A stretch of 64,000 bases of DNA, taken from assembly GCF_009914755.1 (NCBI RefSeq), contig NC_060945.1; one strand, given 5' to 3'. This DNA is from the human T2T-CHM13v2.0 reference genome, Homo sapiens. A program made the translations under genes and the position numbers. Positions 15,011 to 28,452 of the stretch are shown piece by piece (within the stretch, counting starts at the first letter, position 1; every line of letters starts with the position of its first letter). The notes beneath the pieces were generated by a model, which was given only the letters and a program-made list of their open reading frames with translations, did no database searches and was not told the origin of the DNA.

Positions 15011-17139
15011 GAGATACACTGACCTTTTGTACTATGTGGGGAAAGGCTGCAATCATTTTCTTAAGCCTGTGTGAAAAATGTTTCTGGTATACTTTATGTC
15101 TTTGTGCATGGGAGGAAGGTCTGAGGAAGCCACGCAGAAAGCATCAGTGGCCAGAGAATAATTGCTGCCAATCAGGCCTTTCTCACCCACGGTTCTGAGA
15201 TGGAGGAGTTGTCATGTGTACAAATGAATTCCTGATGTGACAGGCTGCCATGAACAGTGATATTTGGCTTCTGTTTCTAGTTGATTATACTACAAATCTA
15301 TTCCTGGAGTGGAGAGATGTAGAGACATTGAAGCCAATGTATACGGGGAAGCTGTGTATTATATATGCACCCTCTCAGTTTTCACCCATTCACAAATTCC
15401 TGCCTGGACAAAATAATTCCATCACACAGCCTCGTAATTTATTTATAGTTAATCTATGACATATATGTAATTAGTTGCATTTGTCAATATAATAAAAATG
15501 TTGAATTTGCAAGGATAGTAGGCAAAATTCTTCACTAATTTTTGATCACCTTGAAAAGAACAGTTCCATTTAAAAGTTGTAGAGTTCTACATGAAGAGCA
15601 ACACAATGCCTGAGCTTGTCATTTTTCTTTAACAATGTCCCGCCTAGATTTCTTTTATCAAAAAAGTACAACGTTTTCTCCCACTAGATGAGGTTTCCTC
15701 TTGCAATGCCCAATCATCCCTTTATTATTGCCTCCTCTGAGTAGATACTGCATCCTACACTCTTCATGAAATTCAGCTCTTTCTTCAGTGATGAAAAACA
15801 AATAAAGTCTGTTTTTCAGTTTGTTGGTTTTTAGTCCCAATGAGTATGTTTTCTTCTTTTGTTTTGTACTCATATGTAAGTCCCCAGAGTACTTCTAAAA
15901 CAAATTATAGAGAATAGGTGGCATCTACTCAACATGATGAGTCCTGAATACCGACTGGAAGAAATTGACTTTATTTATTAAAGATCCTTTCTATCTACTG
16001 TCTTTTATAATATACTTGGCTGTCTGTCTTGCATTGATCCAACCTGATAATAAGCTTTATTAGGTCTATCCTCTGAACATCCAAGGATACTGCTGCTAAA
16101 AATTCTTAGGCGAATGGGAAGTAATGACTTACCAGATTCTCAATTTAGGTTTTATTGGTGACCTCACTGAAAAAGCTAACAATAGGATGGATAAAATTTA
16201 ACTCTACTACGTACTCCAGGATTATCGTTCATTACTTTAATGTAAGTAGTGCTAAGTAGTTTAGCATAACTTTAAACACACAAGTTCTTTTTCTTACAAC
16301 TATATAGCTTAGAGCCCTAAGATGATTTAGTTGTTCAAATTTTTCCCTAAAATTCTGCAATTTGAATAAATATGAGAACTCCAAGTGAATTCCAGTCTTA
16401 ACATTGTATCACATTAAATTGAAGAAAGAAAAGCAAGACAACTACCACAGTGCCTTTTAAAAATCCTTCATTCATTACCTGCATTTCTCAAAGAATTTTA
16501 GAGTGATTTCAAAGAACATTAAAAGAAACACTTTTCAAAGTCCACTTTCCTCTCAATTCCTGTCTCCAAATACTCCTCGGCATGTCCAAAGCCTCTTTGG
16601 GTTGCTCAAAGCAGTATTAACGTGCTGACAAATTCTAGGGACTCTGTATATTAATTCTCCTTAAACATTGGTGGGTTAAAAATGACACTATATAGTCCGA
16701 AGACATCACCTGGCTGGCTTGCTTTACTTGGTGGTTGGTTTGGTTAGATGCTGTGTTTGGTGGAGGTAGGAGTGAAGATTGGAGAGAGGCTGAGAGAGAT
16801 CGATGCTAAATTAATTCCATTTGTCCCTACTGACAATCAACAAAAGATTACCTCCAGATAATACTATCTCAGAGAACACCTGAGAACTGTAAACATTGCC
16901 TGGAATTGTCACATTCCAAGAATGCCAGCAATCCCAGGCTAAACCTCATCATCCAAAATAAAGGTTATCAACCCTTTTCCTCATATCAGTTACATGGAAA
17001 CAATCACATCTTCCGTCTTGGACATTTCAACCTTTAATGTGCCATCAAAGCATTATATTTAAAAATCTGTCTTGCTTAATTTTATAATTAGAAGAACTGG
17101 AAAAGAATTGCAACCGTTTTAAGACATTTAGACTGACAT

Positions 17140-17340
17140 GGACACTTACCATATGTAAAACCACATGGCGCTGTTATGCTATTCACGGAATGTCTCACTT
17201 AAGGTAGAGAGTAGAATATCTTCCACTTAACATGTAAACAAATGTTTAAAGACATTAGGTGACCTGTCCAGGGACACACAGCCAGTAAAGGCCAACCTCA
17301 GATTTAAACCCAGCTGTATCTCACTCCAGAGCCCCAGAGC
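17140..17340 (-). mobile_element. MIR
   Basis: AGGTGACCTGTCCAGGGACACACAGCCAGTAA..GATTTAAACCCAG is the antisense MIR core. Confidence 0.7.
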
Positions 17341-17346
17341 CCAGGT

Positions 17347-17686
17347 GTTTTTGTTTGTTTGTTTGTTTTCATTTGTTTTTTGTTTGTTTGTTTGTTTTTT
17401 GAGATGGAGTCTCACTCTGTCGCCCAGGCTGGAGTGCAGTGGCACAATCTTGCCTCAGTGCAACCTCTGCCTCCTGGGTTCCAGCGATTCTCTTGCGTTA
17501 ACCTCCCAGGTAGCTGGGACTACAGGCATGCACCACCATGCCCGACTAATTTTTGTATTTTTAGTAGAGACAGGATTTCACTATGTCGGCTAGGCTGGTC
17601 TTGAACTCCTGACCCCAAGTGATCCACCTGCCTTAGCCTCCCTCCCAAAGTGCTGGGATTATAGGCATGACCCACAGTGCCCAGCC
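17347..17686 (-). mobile_element. AluS with (TTTG)n tail
   Basis: Full antisense Alu. Confidence 0.94.
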
Positions 17687-18869
17687 AGTTTTTTTAAACA
17701 GACAACATTTATATTCAAGTAGAAATTCCACTTATGGTATTACTAAAGAGGTCATTTTAAGGTTAAACCATTATTGGCTCTACAGTAAAGTGTGAATGAA
17801 TTTTGTTAAGTGGAAAATAATAAAATTTATTTAATCATAAGAGGCTTCTCCGAACTTCTTCTGCAAATGAGATTGTTGTACTGAGGAGTCTCCTAGGGTC
17901 ATAACAGCTTGCAAAGTACATCGTTCTCTTATGCCATGGCATGAGAATTTAGACAGTTCCTTTTTCTGTGGGTACATGACAGCAAATCCCTTATAAGTTA
18001 TCTGGATCACAAAAATGAAATACACGATCTGGCTTTCTTAAAGCCTACATAGCCCAAAGCACTGGCCCTTTAGCTGCTCCCTCTAGGCATGCAACAATTC
18101 AATGCTACCAGGCATTTCCTTTCTTATGTGTCAGGGCTTATCTCTGAGAACAGTAGAAAGTGATTTTACAAATCGAAAGGAAAACAACTTTTCTCCACCA
18201 TGTGTATGCATTCTTACAAACCCATACTGGCCCATTTTCCCCACTCTAAAAGCTTTTAAAAAGAAGACACCTTTATTAAGCAAGCATTACAAGTCAGCAT
18301 TATTGTATTCACACATATATGACAGAATGGACTATAGCGAGAGTATGTACCCAGGTCTTGCAACTTTAAAAAGGGAATGTGTTCTTAACATTTCCTAATG
18401 GTCAATTGTTTCTTTATTGTACTTGATGAATTCTTGTTGGAATTTCTGTTGGCTCAATAAACCAAAAACTCTTCAAATGAAAATAAAGTTAATGAAACAA
18501 ACCAACCCGTTCACGCATTAGGCTTTTGATGAATACCTTCTGTGCACCTAACACTATAGTAGATTGTGTAGAAAACACAAGAAAGTATAAGACATGGTCT
18601 ATACCACAAAGATACTTTGTATATTGGAAGATGAACACTGTCACACAAGTATGAACAAAAAATGGTAAGACCCTGTATGTAGACAAGTCGGAGGAGGGAG
18701 AAAGAGGATCCATGGTCTATACCTGAGTGCCTGAGGACAGGGTGAGGCAGCTGATGGGAGAGGGCAAAGGGCGGTAATTGCTTTGATTTTGCCTCATCAC
18801 AACTCCAAAGCCAGCAACTGGTTTACAAAACAAGGGCCATGATCTCACTGAAAATAATATTACAAGAGA

Positions 18870-19010
18870 TCCGATGGTGGATCATTTAACTTTTAATGCT
18901 CTCATTTTACAAGTGAAGAAATCAAGACAGACTGGTGTTGAGTACCTTGTTGAAGACCACATGGTTGACTAGGGACAGAAATGAGCTTAGAGCCAGGAGT
19001 AGTGACTCTT
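18870..19010 (-). mobile_element. MIR fragment
   Basis: CTCATTTTACAAGTGAAGAAATCAAGAC core. Confidence 0.6.
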
Positions 19011-19087
19011 TGGAATGCTTTTAAGTTGACCATTTCTTCTACACTGGCCTCCCATACACGCAGGCTATTTTTTGACTTACTCTTCTA

Positions 19088-19167
19088 TTAGGTGGGTACA
19101 AAAGTAATTGCGGTTTTTACCATTACTTTTAATTGTAAAAACCGCAATTACTTTTGCACCAACTTAA
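19088..19167. mobile_element. MADE1 (Hsmar1-derived 80-bp MITE)
   Basis: TTAGGTGGGTACAAAAGTAATTGCGGTTTTTA...TAAAAACCGCAATTACTTTTGCACCAACTTAA inverted repeat with TA on both sides. Confidence 0.95.
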
Positions 19168-21639
19168 TAAATAGTACTTACCTCTTTTTAAATTTAGCTG
19201 ACACGGTCCAAAAAGTGGAAAAGTCACAGTTAATTATTTTTAGTCAGGCTATTGATCAGGGGCTTAAATCAAATACCCAAACTGAATTCAGACTTCACTA
19301 ATTTGCTGAAGCTTGAAATGTGGAAAAAAGCCCCAAACTTCAAGGTTTGTGAAACCTGGATCATCATTTTGACTGACTACCAGTGTGTACTAACTGGAAC
19401 TATTTTCAGTAAAATTATTTTACGGAAATTAGTAAAAAAAGATTCAGCATGTTTTACAAGAAGACAGCATGAAGATATAGGGCTGTGAAGTTCTGCAACT
19501 CTGTGGACATATTTTCAATTAATTTTCACATACGCAGATATTGAAAACTATATGTATATAAGAACATAAACTCTTTATAAAACAATTCTCAATTCAAAAA
19601 TTATTGGTTAAAGAAATACTGTTCTTCTACAATTATAGCCCAGTGATAATTATAACCTAGGATTCTACTGGACTTTATTTCATAAGGCAATTCTTTGACG
19701 ACTCTACCCACTCTCTTTTTTTTCTTTTCTTTTTTTCTTTTGTAGAGATAAGCATCCATTATGTCTCACTTTATCAGACTTTGTGAAACAAAGCAAACAG
19801 CAAAAAAGAAGCTGGGAGATGGAAATTCAGAGGTGCAAGAAATTTCTCATTCATATCTTGGCATTTATTTCTCCCTGAGGCAAAAATGGATGGAACCATT
19901 TCAGAAGCTGAGTTTTCCAGTTATGCTGAAACTGAGAGGAAAAAGCTCCCCTCAACTGCCAGACACATGGAAGGCACTAGAAGGTGCCCCAACATGACTA
20001 GAAAGATCTGAATTCTCAATTGTCTCTGAATTCAAAAATTGTGGAGTCAGAGCTCTCAGTTTTTCTTACATCTAAATGTCAAGCCCTGCTATTAATCTTT
20101 TTAGAAAATATATTTATGACCTTCCTTACTCTTTATGTCTCTGACTACCTTAACTTAAGGCTTTATTACAAAATGCCTTCGGTAAGCCTCAGGTTTGTTA
20201 CTTTTGACTCTTGACAATCAAATTGACTTTCACCCTCTCCCTCTTTCAGTCTCTCTCTCTTTCTCTGTCTCTCTCTCTGCCTCTTCCCACCTCCAACACA
20301 CAGTAGAATAACTTATTTTCAAAAAAAATATTGCTCTTGTTACTTTCCTGCCCAGCAAACTGTTGCACCAAATGAAAATCTTTTTGTCTGGATCTCATCA
20401 TCCTCCATTCTGTCCTCCAAATTGATTCACTGTGCATCACGCTCTCTGCATCCCATACAGCTTCTAAGATGATCTCTGTAGTTTGGTTCAGGCTATTCAC
20501 ACTGACTGAAATGCAATTTCAAGCCTCCATGTCTATACCAATCATAAAAACAGAAACCCGAAAGAATCTCTCCTTGACTATCCATCATCTGCGATCCATT
20601 TTGAACCCTCTGTCTGCCAAGAAATGTGTCTTGACCAATCTAGCTCACATAAAGTATATACTGACTTGTTTCCAAAATTACAACTTAGAATTTGATCCCG
20701 GATCTTCCACTAGTATGCTATATGACTCACAATACGTTGCATGTTCCTTGAGGGAGGCACTATATAACGCTGGATGCATGGCTGAAATGTGCTGGCAGTC
20801 ATAGTGTCCAGCACAGTCCTATAGATATGAAGGTTTCTTATTAATTGATTATTATCAAAGACCTCAAGCAGACAGTGAAATTTTATTACATAATGCTGTA
20901 GTTTTTTTTCACACTCTAATGCTTGATGAGATGTGGATATTTACGATCTGAATTTGATGAGTGGATAACTATCCCTTAATAGACAATCTGGTGGTCAGAT
21001 GTAAAGTAACCATAACTCCATCCTCCCGGCTGTTCCATGTTCTTCTATGTGAGATTTGTTCCTAAATTCCAACTTTATTTATTTTTAAAAATAATTTTGT
21101 AAAATGCAAAAAAAGCATTTTAATAAGTAAGCAAATGCCATAGTTATGGTTGCTGCAGGGTTAATTTATTCATCTTTCACAAGCTAAATGTTAACGCATA
21201 CATCTAAGTGCCAAAGTAATCAGCAATTATATGCACCACATAAGCAAATGAACATGTCACCATTACATTCTTTACATTTCCTGCCTCTTATCCTGGAACA
21301 GGATTCAGAAAAGTGTCAATAGAATGCAGGAGAATGCCATGTGTTGTGTTGAGAGAATTTTCTGGGCTGGGGCTCTGAACTTCAAAGACAATTTTGGGTA
21401 TAAGCTGGTGAGAGAAACCCTGGTGGCTCTTCTTTATAGCAGGGCTTTCACTAAGTAAATGGCCCCATGTGCACTCTGAAGAGTTGTGGAGGATGGGCTA
21501 GCTAACTTCCTAACTCTGTGAATACATGGTTCAGCTCTGTGCAAATCCACAATTGGCTTACTGACTCACAAAATTGGTAAGTGAGGAAAAAAAATATGTT
21601 TTTTTTTCCCAGCTAAGATGGCTATTATTTTCCTAAGCT

Positions 21640-22080
21640 CAGCATCCTTCCTCCATTGCTTTATCCAAGCAATAGACCCCATTCCTACCTGTAAGTCTGT
21701 ACACATGATCGAGGATGATCCCATTGACTCATTTCTTGGAATTATTTCTAGTTGGGGTCTGTAAGGAAGAGATCCTTTTCTCTTCTATCATGGAATGTAA
21801 GGAGAAGGAAAAGAGCTGACTGTAGCTATGTGTCCAGCATCAAGTAGATAAACCTGGTCTGGGAGAATAAACCTGATACACTAAGGCAAAGGGTTGGAGG
21901 ATGGACAGAAGCTCATAATGGCATTAGATGTCTTGACCCCATCGTTTCAGTTATTCCAAAACCAGCTCAGCTTTTTCTTTGAATGTGAGATCTACCTCTT
22001 TATCTTGATAATAACTCCCCCATATATCCATTTTTCCCCTAACCTACATCTCGCTCATACGTAATCAAAGAAAAGTGTCT
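21640..22080 (+). mobile_element. Old ERVL/MaLR-type LTR remnant (LTR16/LTR33/MLT1-like)
   Basis: Diffuse similarity only; family not resolvable by eye. Confidence 0.35.
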
Positions 22081-22679
22081 AAAACATCAACCAAGGCAAG
22101 GGAGAAATTTTTTAAGCCAAATTTTCATCAGAGAAAAAGAGATTCTAAAGATTTGCCACTCTCCTTCCCCATCAGCATGTCTAGTTTCCATACCTGGCTT
22201 GAAAATGCTTGCACCAAAGTGCTTCCTAAGAAAGATTTGTGTGCTTGAAAGAGATTTCTTTAATTAGACAATAGAGCATGGTCCATTTTCAACTCCAATT
22301 AAAAAAAAAAATGAAGACAAAACGCTAAACTTGCCTCACTAAGTGCAATCTTATTTGAATACAATGAATATAGAAGAAGCTGAATCTAATTATAAAGTCA
22401 GCAAATGGTAATATCAGGATGTTGAGGCTAATGTTTTTTGCACTGTATGATAGTAGGGCAAATTATTTTCAGTTTAATTGTAAAGCTTTCTTTAAAGAGA
22501 GAAATGACACATTCTATGTTATCATTTGCTACTTTTAAAAAGTTATAAAAATATGAACGGCTAATGTTTGGGGAACTTTCCCCTGCTATTATTCTTGCAT
22601 GCAAATGCCAGTTTGTGTGTGTAAAAAGAAAGGTATCTGTGGGAAGTTAGTTATACATAAGTGTCATTAAAAATACTAA

Positions 22680-22830
22680 TAGCAAACTTGTATAGTATTT
22701 ACCATAGACCAGGCACTATCCTAAACTTTCATATGACTTCATTTTGCCCTCATAATAGTCTTATCAACTATTATTATCCCCATTTTACATATTAGAAGGC
22801 TGAAGTTCTGAGACTAACTTCACCTCTTAA
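22680..22830 (-). mobile_element. MIR
   Basis: CCAGGCACTATCCTAA..ATTATCCCCATTTTACA. Confidence 0.7.
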
Positions 22831-22842
22831 AGGCAAGCTGAT

Positions 22843-23330
22843 GTGATGGAGTGGACAACTTTGTTTGCCTAACCAGCCTCTATTTGTTTTTCCTTTTCCT
22901 TTCTCATGAGTTTCTAGATTTTGTGGGGATATGCAGCTTATGAACTTCATGGGAAGCTAAGCCCACTCTGAGTATGAATGGGCACAAACCACCCCTCCAC
23001 CCCCTGCAGCCACAGTTATTAGACCTAAGAGAGCCAAAAAGGGCAAATCTCAGCCTAGTTGTTAGAATGCTAGAGCAGGCTTTGCTCACTCATTCACAAA
23101 TCATGTGATATGTGGTTATAAAGCCTGGAACTGCTGCAGCCACTTTATCACTATGGGTAACAGGTTCAGCAGGAAGCTGATAGTGCAGAAGGCAGGGAAG
23201 AGTAACCGAAGCCACTAGGTCCTTTATGACATCATTGGGCCACTGATCAAACTGGCCCTGAAATCTGATTCACCATGAACTTCCAGTGTTATTAGCCAAT
23301 AAATCTCCTTTAGGGGTTAAGCTAATTTTC
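22843..23330 (+). mobile_element. Old MLT1 (K/L-like) LTR
   Basis: AAGCCTGGAACTGCTGCAGCCA, GGTCCTTTATGACATCATTGGGCCACTGATCAA, AGCCAATAAATCTCCTT. Confidence 0.65.
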
Positions 23331-23541
23331 AAATCAAATGCAGTGTAATTTACCTGCCTTTTAAATTTTGAAGACTAAGAAGAAATTGTTTTCTTCTAGT
23401 GGATAAACAACTCCACTAGAGTGAGTGGGGTGAGAATTAGGTACTTTATAAAGCTAAATTAATTCCAGTCAATAAAGCAATCACCAACACACATATTTGC
23501 TTATTGTGTGTTGGTTAGTGTATATAGGAGAGTACTAATGC

Positions 23542-23695
23542 ACAGGGTGCCAATTCTCCCCACCTGACACCTATAGCAGACATTGCTAGTCAGCCATTAT
23601 GGTGCTCCTACTGAGCCAGCTTTCCTTCTCATCAGTGTTTGAGGTAACCACAGTCAAGAGACCAGAGTTGGCAAGGGAAACCTGTGATCACTGAT
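23542..23695. mobile_element. hAT-Charlie MITE (MER112-like)
   Basis: AGCAGACATTGCTA..CTGAGCCAG..CAGAGTTGGCA..GAAACCT. Confidence 0.5.
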
Positions 23696-24879
23696 ATAGG
23701 TAGTCACTGATTGTTGCTAAAATATATACCTGGAAATTTGGTGAAATCTCTGCATCATAAATCAGCATTTCTCCACAGGGACACTATTAATAACTAGGAG
23801 TTGTGTTGCCATATAAGAAACCAAACATGCTATAAATCACAGAGTAATAAAAAACATGACATGAAAACACAAGTCGACTATAAAATTTTATAATAATCTA
23901 GAGTAAATAATAAAATTGTGCTGTGACACCAATAAACAGTCTTACATTTACTGTATGCATTTATTTTATAAGGTATCCCACTATATTATGAATAGTATTT
24001 ATGCTTATAAAATTATAATTCTGTTGCATCAAAATTTTACACAAAATGAATCTATAATCTGCTATCATATTAATTGAACTTTTCATTGACATTGATATTT
24101 TAATTTAGATTGACTTTCTTGGTGTAATTGGGTGATCCATCCAGGTCATTCAAAAACCAGCGAATCAGTCAGCCAATAACAAACCAATTATCCAATTAAG
24201 TTACAAAGCTTTTTTTTTTCTCTCAATACAAAACCCTACAATAAGTTGACAGATTCAGAATCATTCCTCTGCGATTACGGAAATACTTAGATTAGCAGGT
24301 TTATGATAATCATTTTGGCATTATTTTCCCACTGAAAATGATTTTAAAACGTAATGTCATTTGACCCTCTCTTGCCTTATCAACTCTAAATGTAGGTAAT
24401 TCCATATTATTTAAATATCAATACTAAGGGAGTATCATCCATATTGATCAATCACTAGGTAGGGGCCTTTTAAGACATTTGTTTAGGCAACCATCCCATA
24501 GCCCTCTATTAAGTTATTGTAGAGTCTAGCATTAATTAATTCATATACTGAGTACTTACCTTGCGCTGGGCACTGAAGATATGTAACAATAAACAAACCA
24601 CACAGGATCTTTGTTTATATAGGGCTTATTATAATAATTCTTCAGTGAAATAAAAGTTAAGAACAATGACGACATTCATAATTATGTCTATCCATAGTTT
24701 TGTCTATTCTTAGTTATGTCTATCCATAAAGGTTTTTAGAAGTTTTACAAAAAATATCTGCTATTATTGTTGGACATGACCAATGAAAGCAAATGTGTTT
24801 TAATATACTGAACTTTATATAGGTAGCCCTTGTCTTTTCTCATTAAGCCCCATCTTCAATCCCTTTTCCATACGACTTG

Positions 24880-26330
24880 ATTCAGATACAGGTCTCAATC
24901 CTCCCAGCCTTCCGGCTCTTGAGGGCATTTCAGCAGGGTTTGAACACAGCAGAACAGTGTGTTCACAATCAGCATGATGTCTTAAGTCTGTCTCAACAAT
25001 TCTTCAAGGGATGAGTTAAAGCTTCTTTTAAAAGCTATTGTTCATGACCTGGTAATTAACTGTATTTATGGAGAGCCAATGATGTATGAAGGATCCTGAT
25101 GGCATGCCAACAAACTGCCCCTTCCCTGTGGCGGCTGTGGGGTGTGAGAAAGAGACATGTAACTGCAGGTACACATTCTTGGTGGCAGTACAACTTTGGT
25201 CTGATTCTTGTGTCCTTCTAAGCAACTGTAACTTGGGTTGTGATGGAACCAGGAAGGCAAGTGAGGACGGTCATTCTGGAGGAGGCTTACATGCTACATT
25301 CTTCCTCTTACAGATGTTTCCATAGGGTCAGGTTGCTTGTATCTCTGTCTTGCTCATGTAATCCTTCCTTCATATAGCCAGTCAAGTGGCCTGCATAGTT
25401 GATCTCAGAAAGGTTCTTATTCTAAGATAGAGGATCTGCTCTATGGTGACATTCTTTAAAGAATAATTTTTAAAATCTATAATTATAAAAAAACATAGCA
25501 ACAAAGCAGAAAATTCAAGAACAAATTTGTTGATACATATTTATATACAACAAAGCAATTAGTTGTTTATTACCTCAGCTCTTCAGATGCTTCATAGAAC
25601 CAGACCCAGCCACTATTTTTCTCTCATGAGTTTGTAATTTTTATTAATTTTCCAAGATGAGTTCAGAGCATCAGTACAAGCAGCGGGTGTCAAGGTTGAG
25701 TTGTGGATTCCTGATAGCCTTGTCTGTGGAAGTCAGCTTTCCTCCATCTGGAGGCTCAGTTTCCATGGTGATATGCACTGGTATACCTGAGGTCTTCTCA
25801 TTGAGGGGCTTGGTGAAGTGCAGGGTAACTTTACAAAGAGGACATGTTAAATTCCTTGAATGAGGAAAATAACAGATCACTGAACACTCAGGATTGGCCT
25901 ATTCTCCACTGGATTTGAAGATTTCCTACTGAGAATGATGGATGAAAAAGGGAAGGCAGAAGAGCCCAGATTACCATTTTCATAGAAATTTCCAGAATAA
26001 GGGAGGGAAGTTTTGTTTTCAAGTCGGGTCTGAAGTGACTGACAAGAATTGGTGAGGCCCTGAGGAAAGCCACAGATGGATTAATTGCACTCTCCAACCC
26101 TTGCAGTTTTGGCTCTCAGGCACAAGAGCAGGACTCATTGGTGAGTTCCAGTGATCTGCTCCAACACCGAATAGCTGGAAATAAATCAACAGTTGGCAAG
26201 AGCTGTAGTGAGTGGGCTTGCCTCTGGCTCACAAGCCTAATACAATACACAGTTTCTGAATACATACCAACTGGCATCATCAAGACTGTAACTTGTCACC
26301 ATGAACCAGGCTTTGTGGGAGATTATTCCA
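24880..26330. mobile_element. Possible highly decayed retroelement reverse-transcriptase fossil (RTE-X/L4-like?)
   Basis: Ordered but degenerate plus-strand motifs SAGF (24930), FP*GQV (25317), LYGDI (25439), KCRVTLQR (about 25816); spacing imperfect. Confidence 0.3.
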
Positions 26331-27070
26331 TTGCCAATCTGATATGCTATATATATTAGAGTAATTACCAGGACATTCAAAGAAAGGACCTGTTAACAGA
26401 AGATGGGTTGTTTTTATATTACAGATGAATAAGAATTACATAAAGCAAGGCCAATTTCTTTTTGAAGTTCTAGCAGCATTCAATGCCAGTGTTCCTCCTT
26501 CATGCTTTGGCTCTTTCCAGAAGCACTAAAGGGAATTGTGTGCTTGTAATACATACCACTTATGCATAATTCCTTTTGAAAATCTGTCTTTCTGATTCTC
26601 AGCTTTCAGAGAGTTGGCCAGCCCTTCCAATGCCCCCTGCAGTTCAAAATGTAGTTTATAATTTTCCTTAGCCCCCCATGTTTGTGAGGGAACAAAAATA
26701 TGGCAAAGAAATATACTTGAAACACACAAAGAAAATCAAGGCTTTTCCAGGCTCAAGGAGGCTGATACACTTTTTGAATCTCAGATGATTGGCTAAGGAT
26801 TGCATTCTCAGTTGTGTTTCTATTTAATAATTGGCTTTTCTCTCCATCCTTGACAATTTTTTCCCTCAAGTCAAACTTTTCTTAATTATCCTAGTTTATC
26901 AAATATGTGTTGTTTTTCCTTTAAGTATTTCCCTTTCAATGCACTTTACAGAAGCATCATGAAAAGTGGGAAGAAGCAATTATAATGAAAAGCATTGTAA
27001 TTTTATCTAATATTTAAAAGCAATGATGCTGCTCCAGGTTAAGACTGTAATCAGACATAATTACTTAAGA

Positions 27071-28452
<1,382 letters not shown>

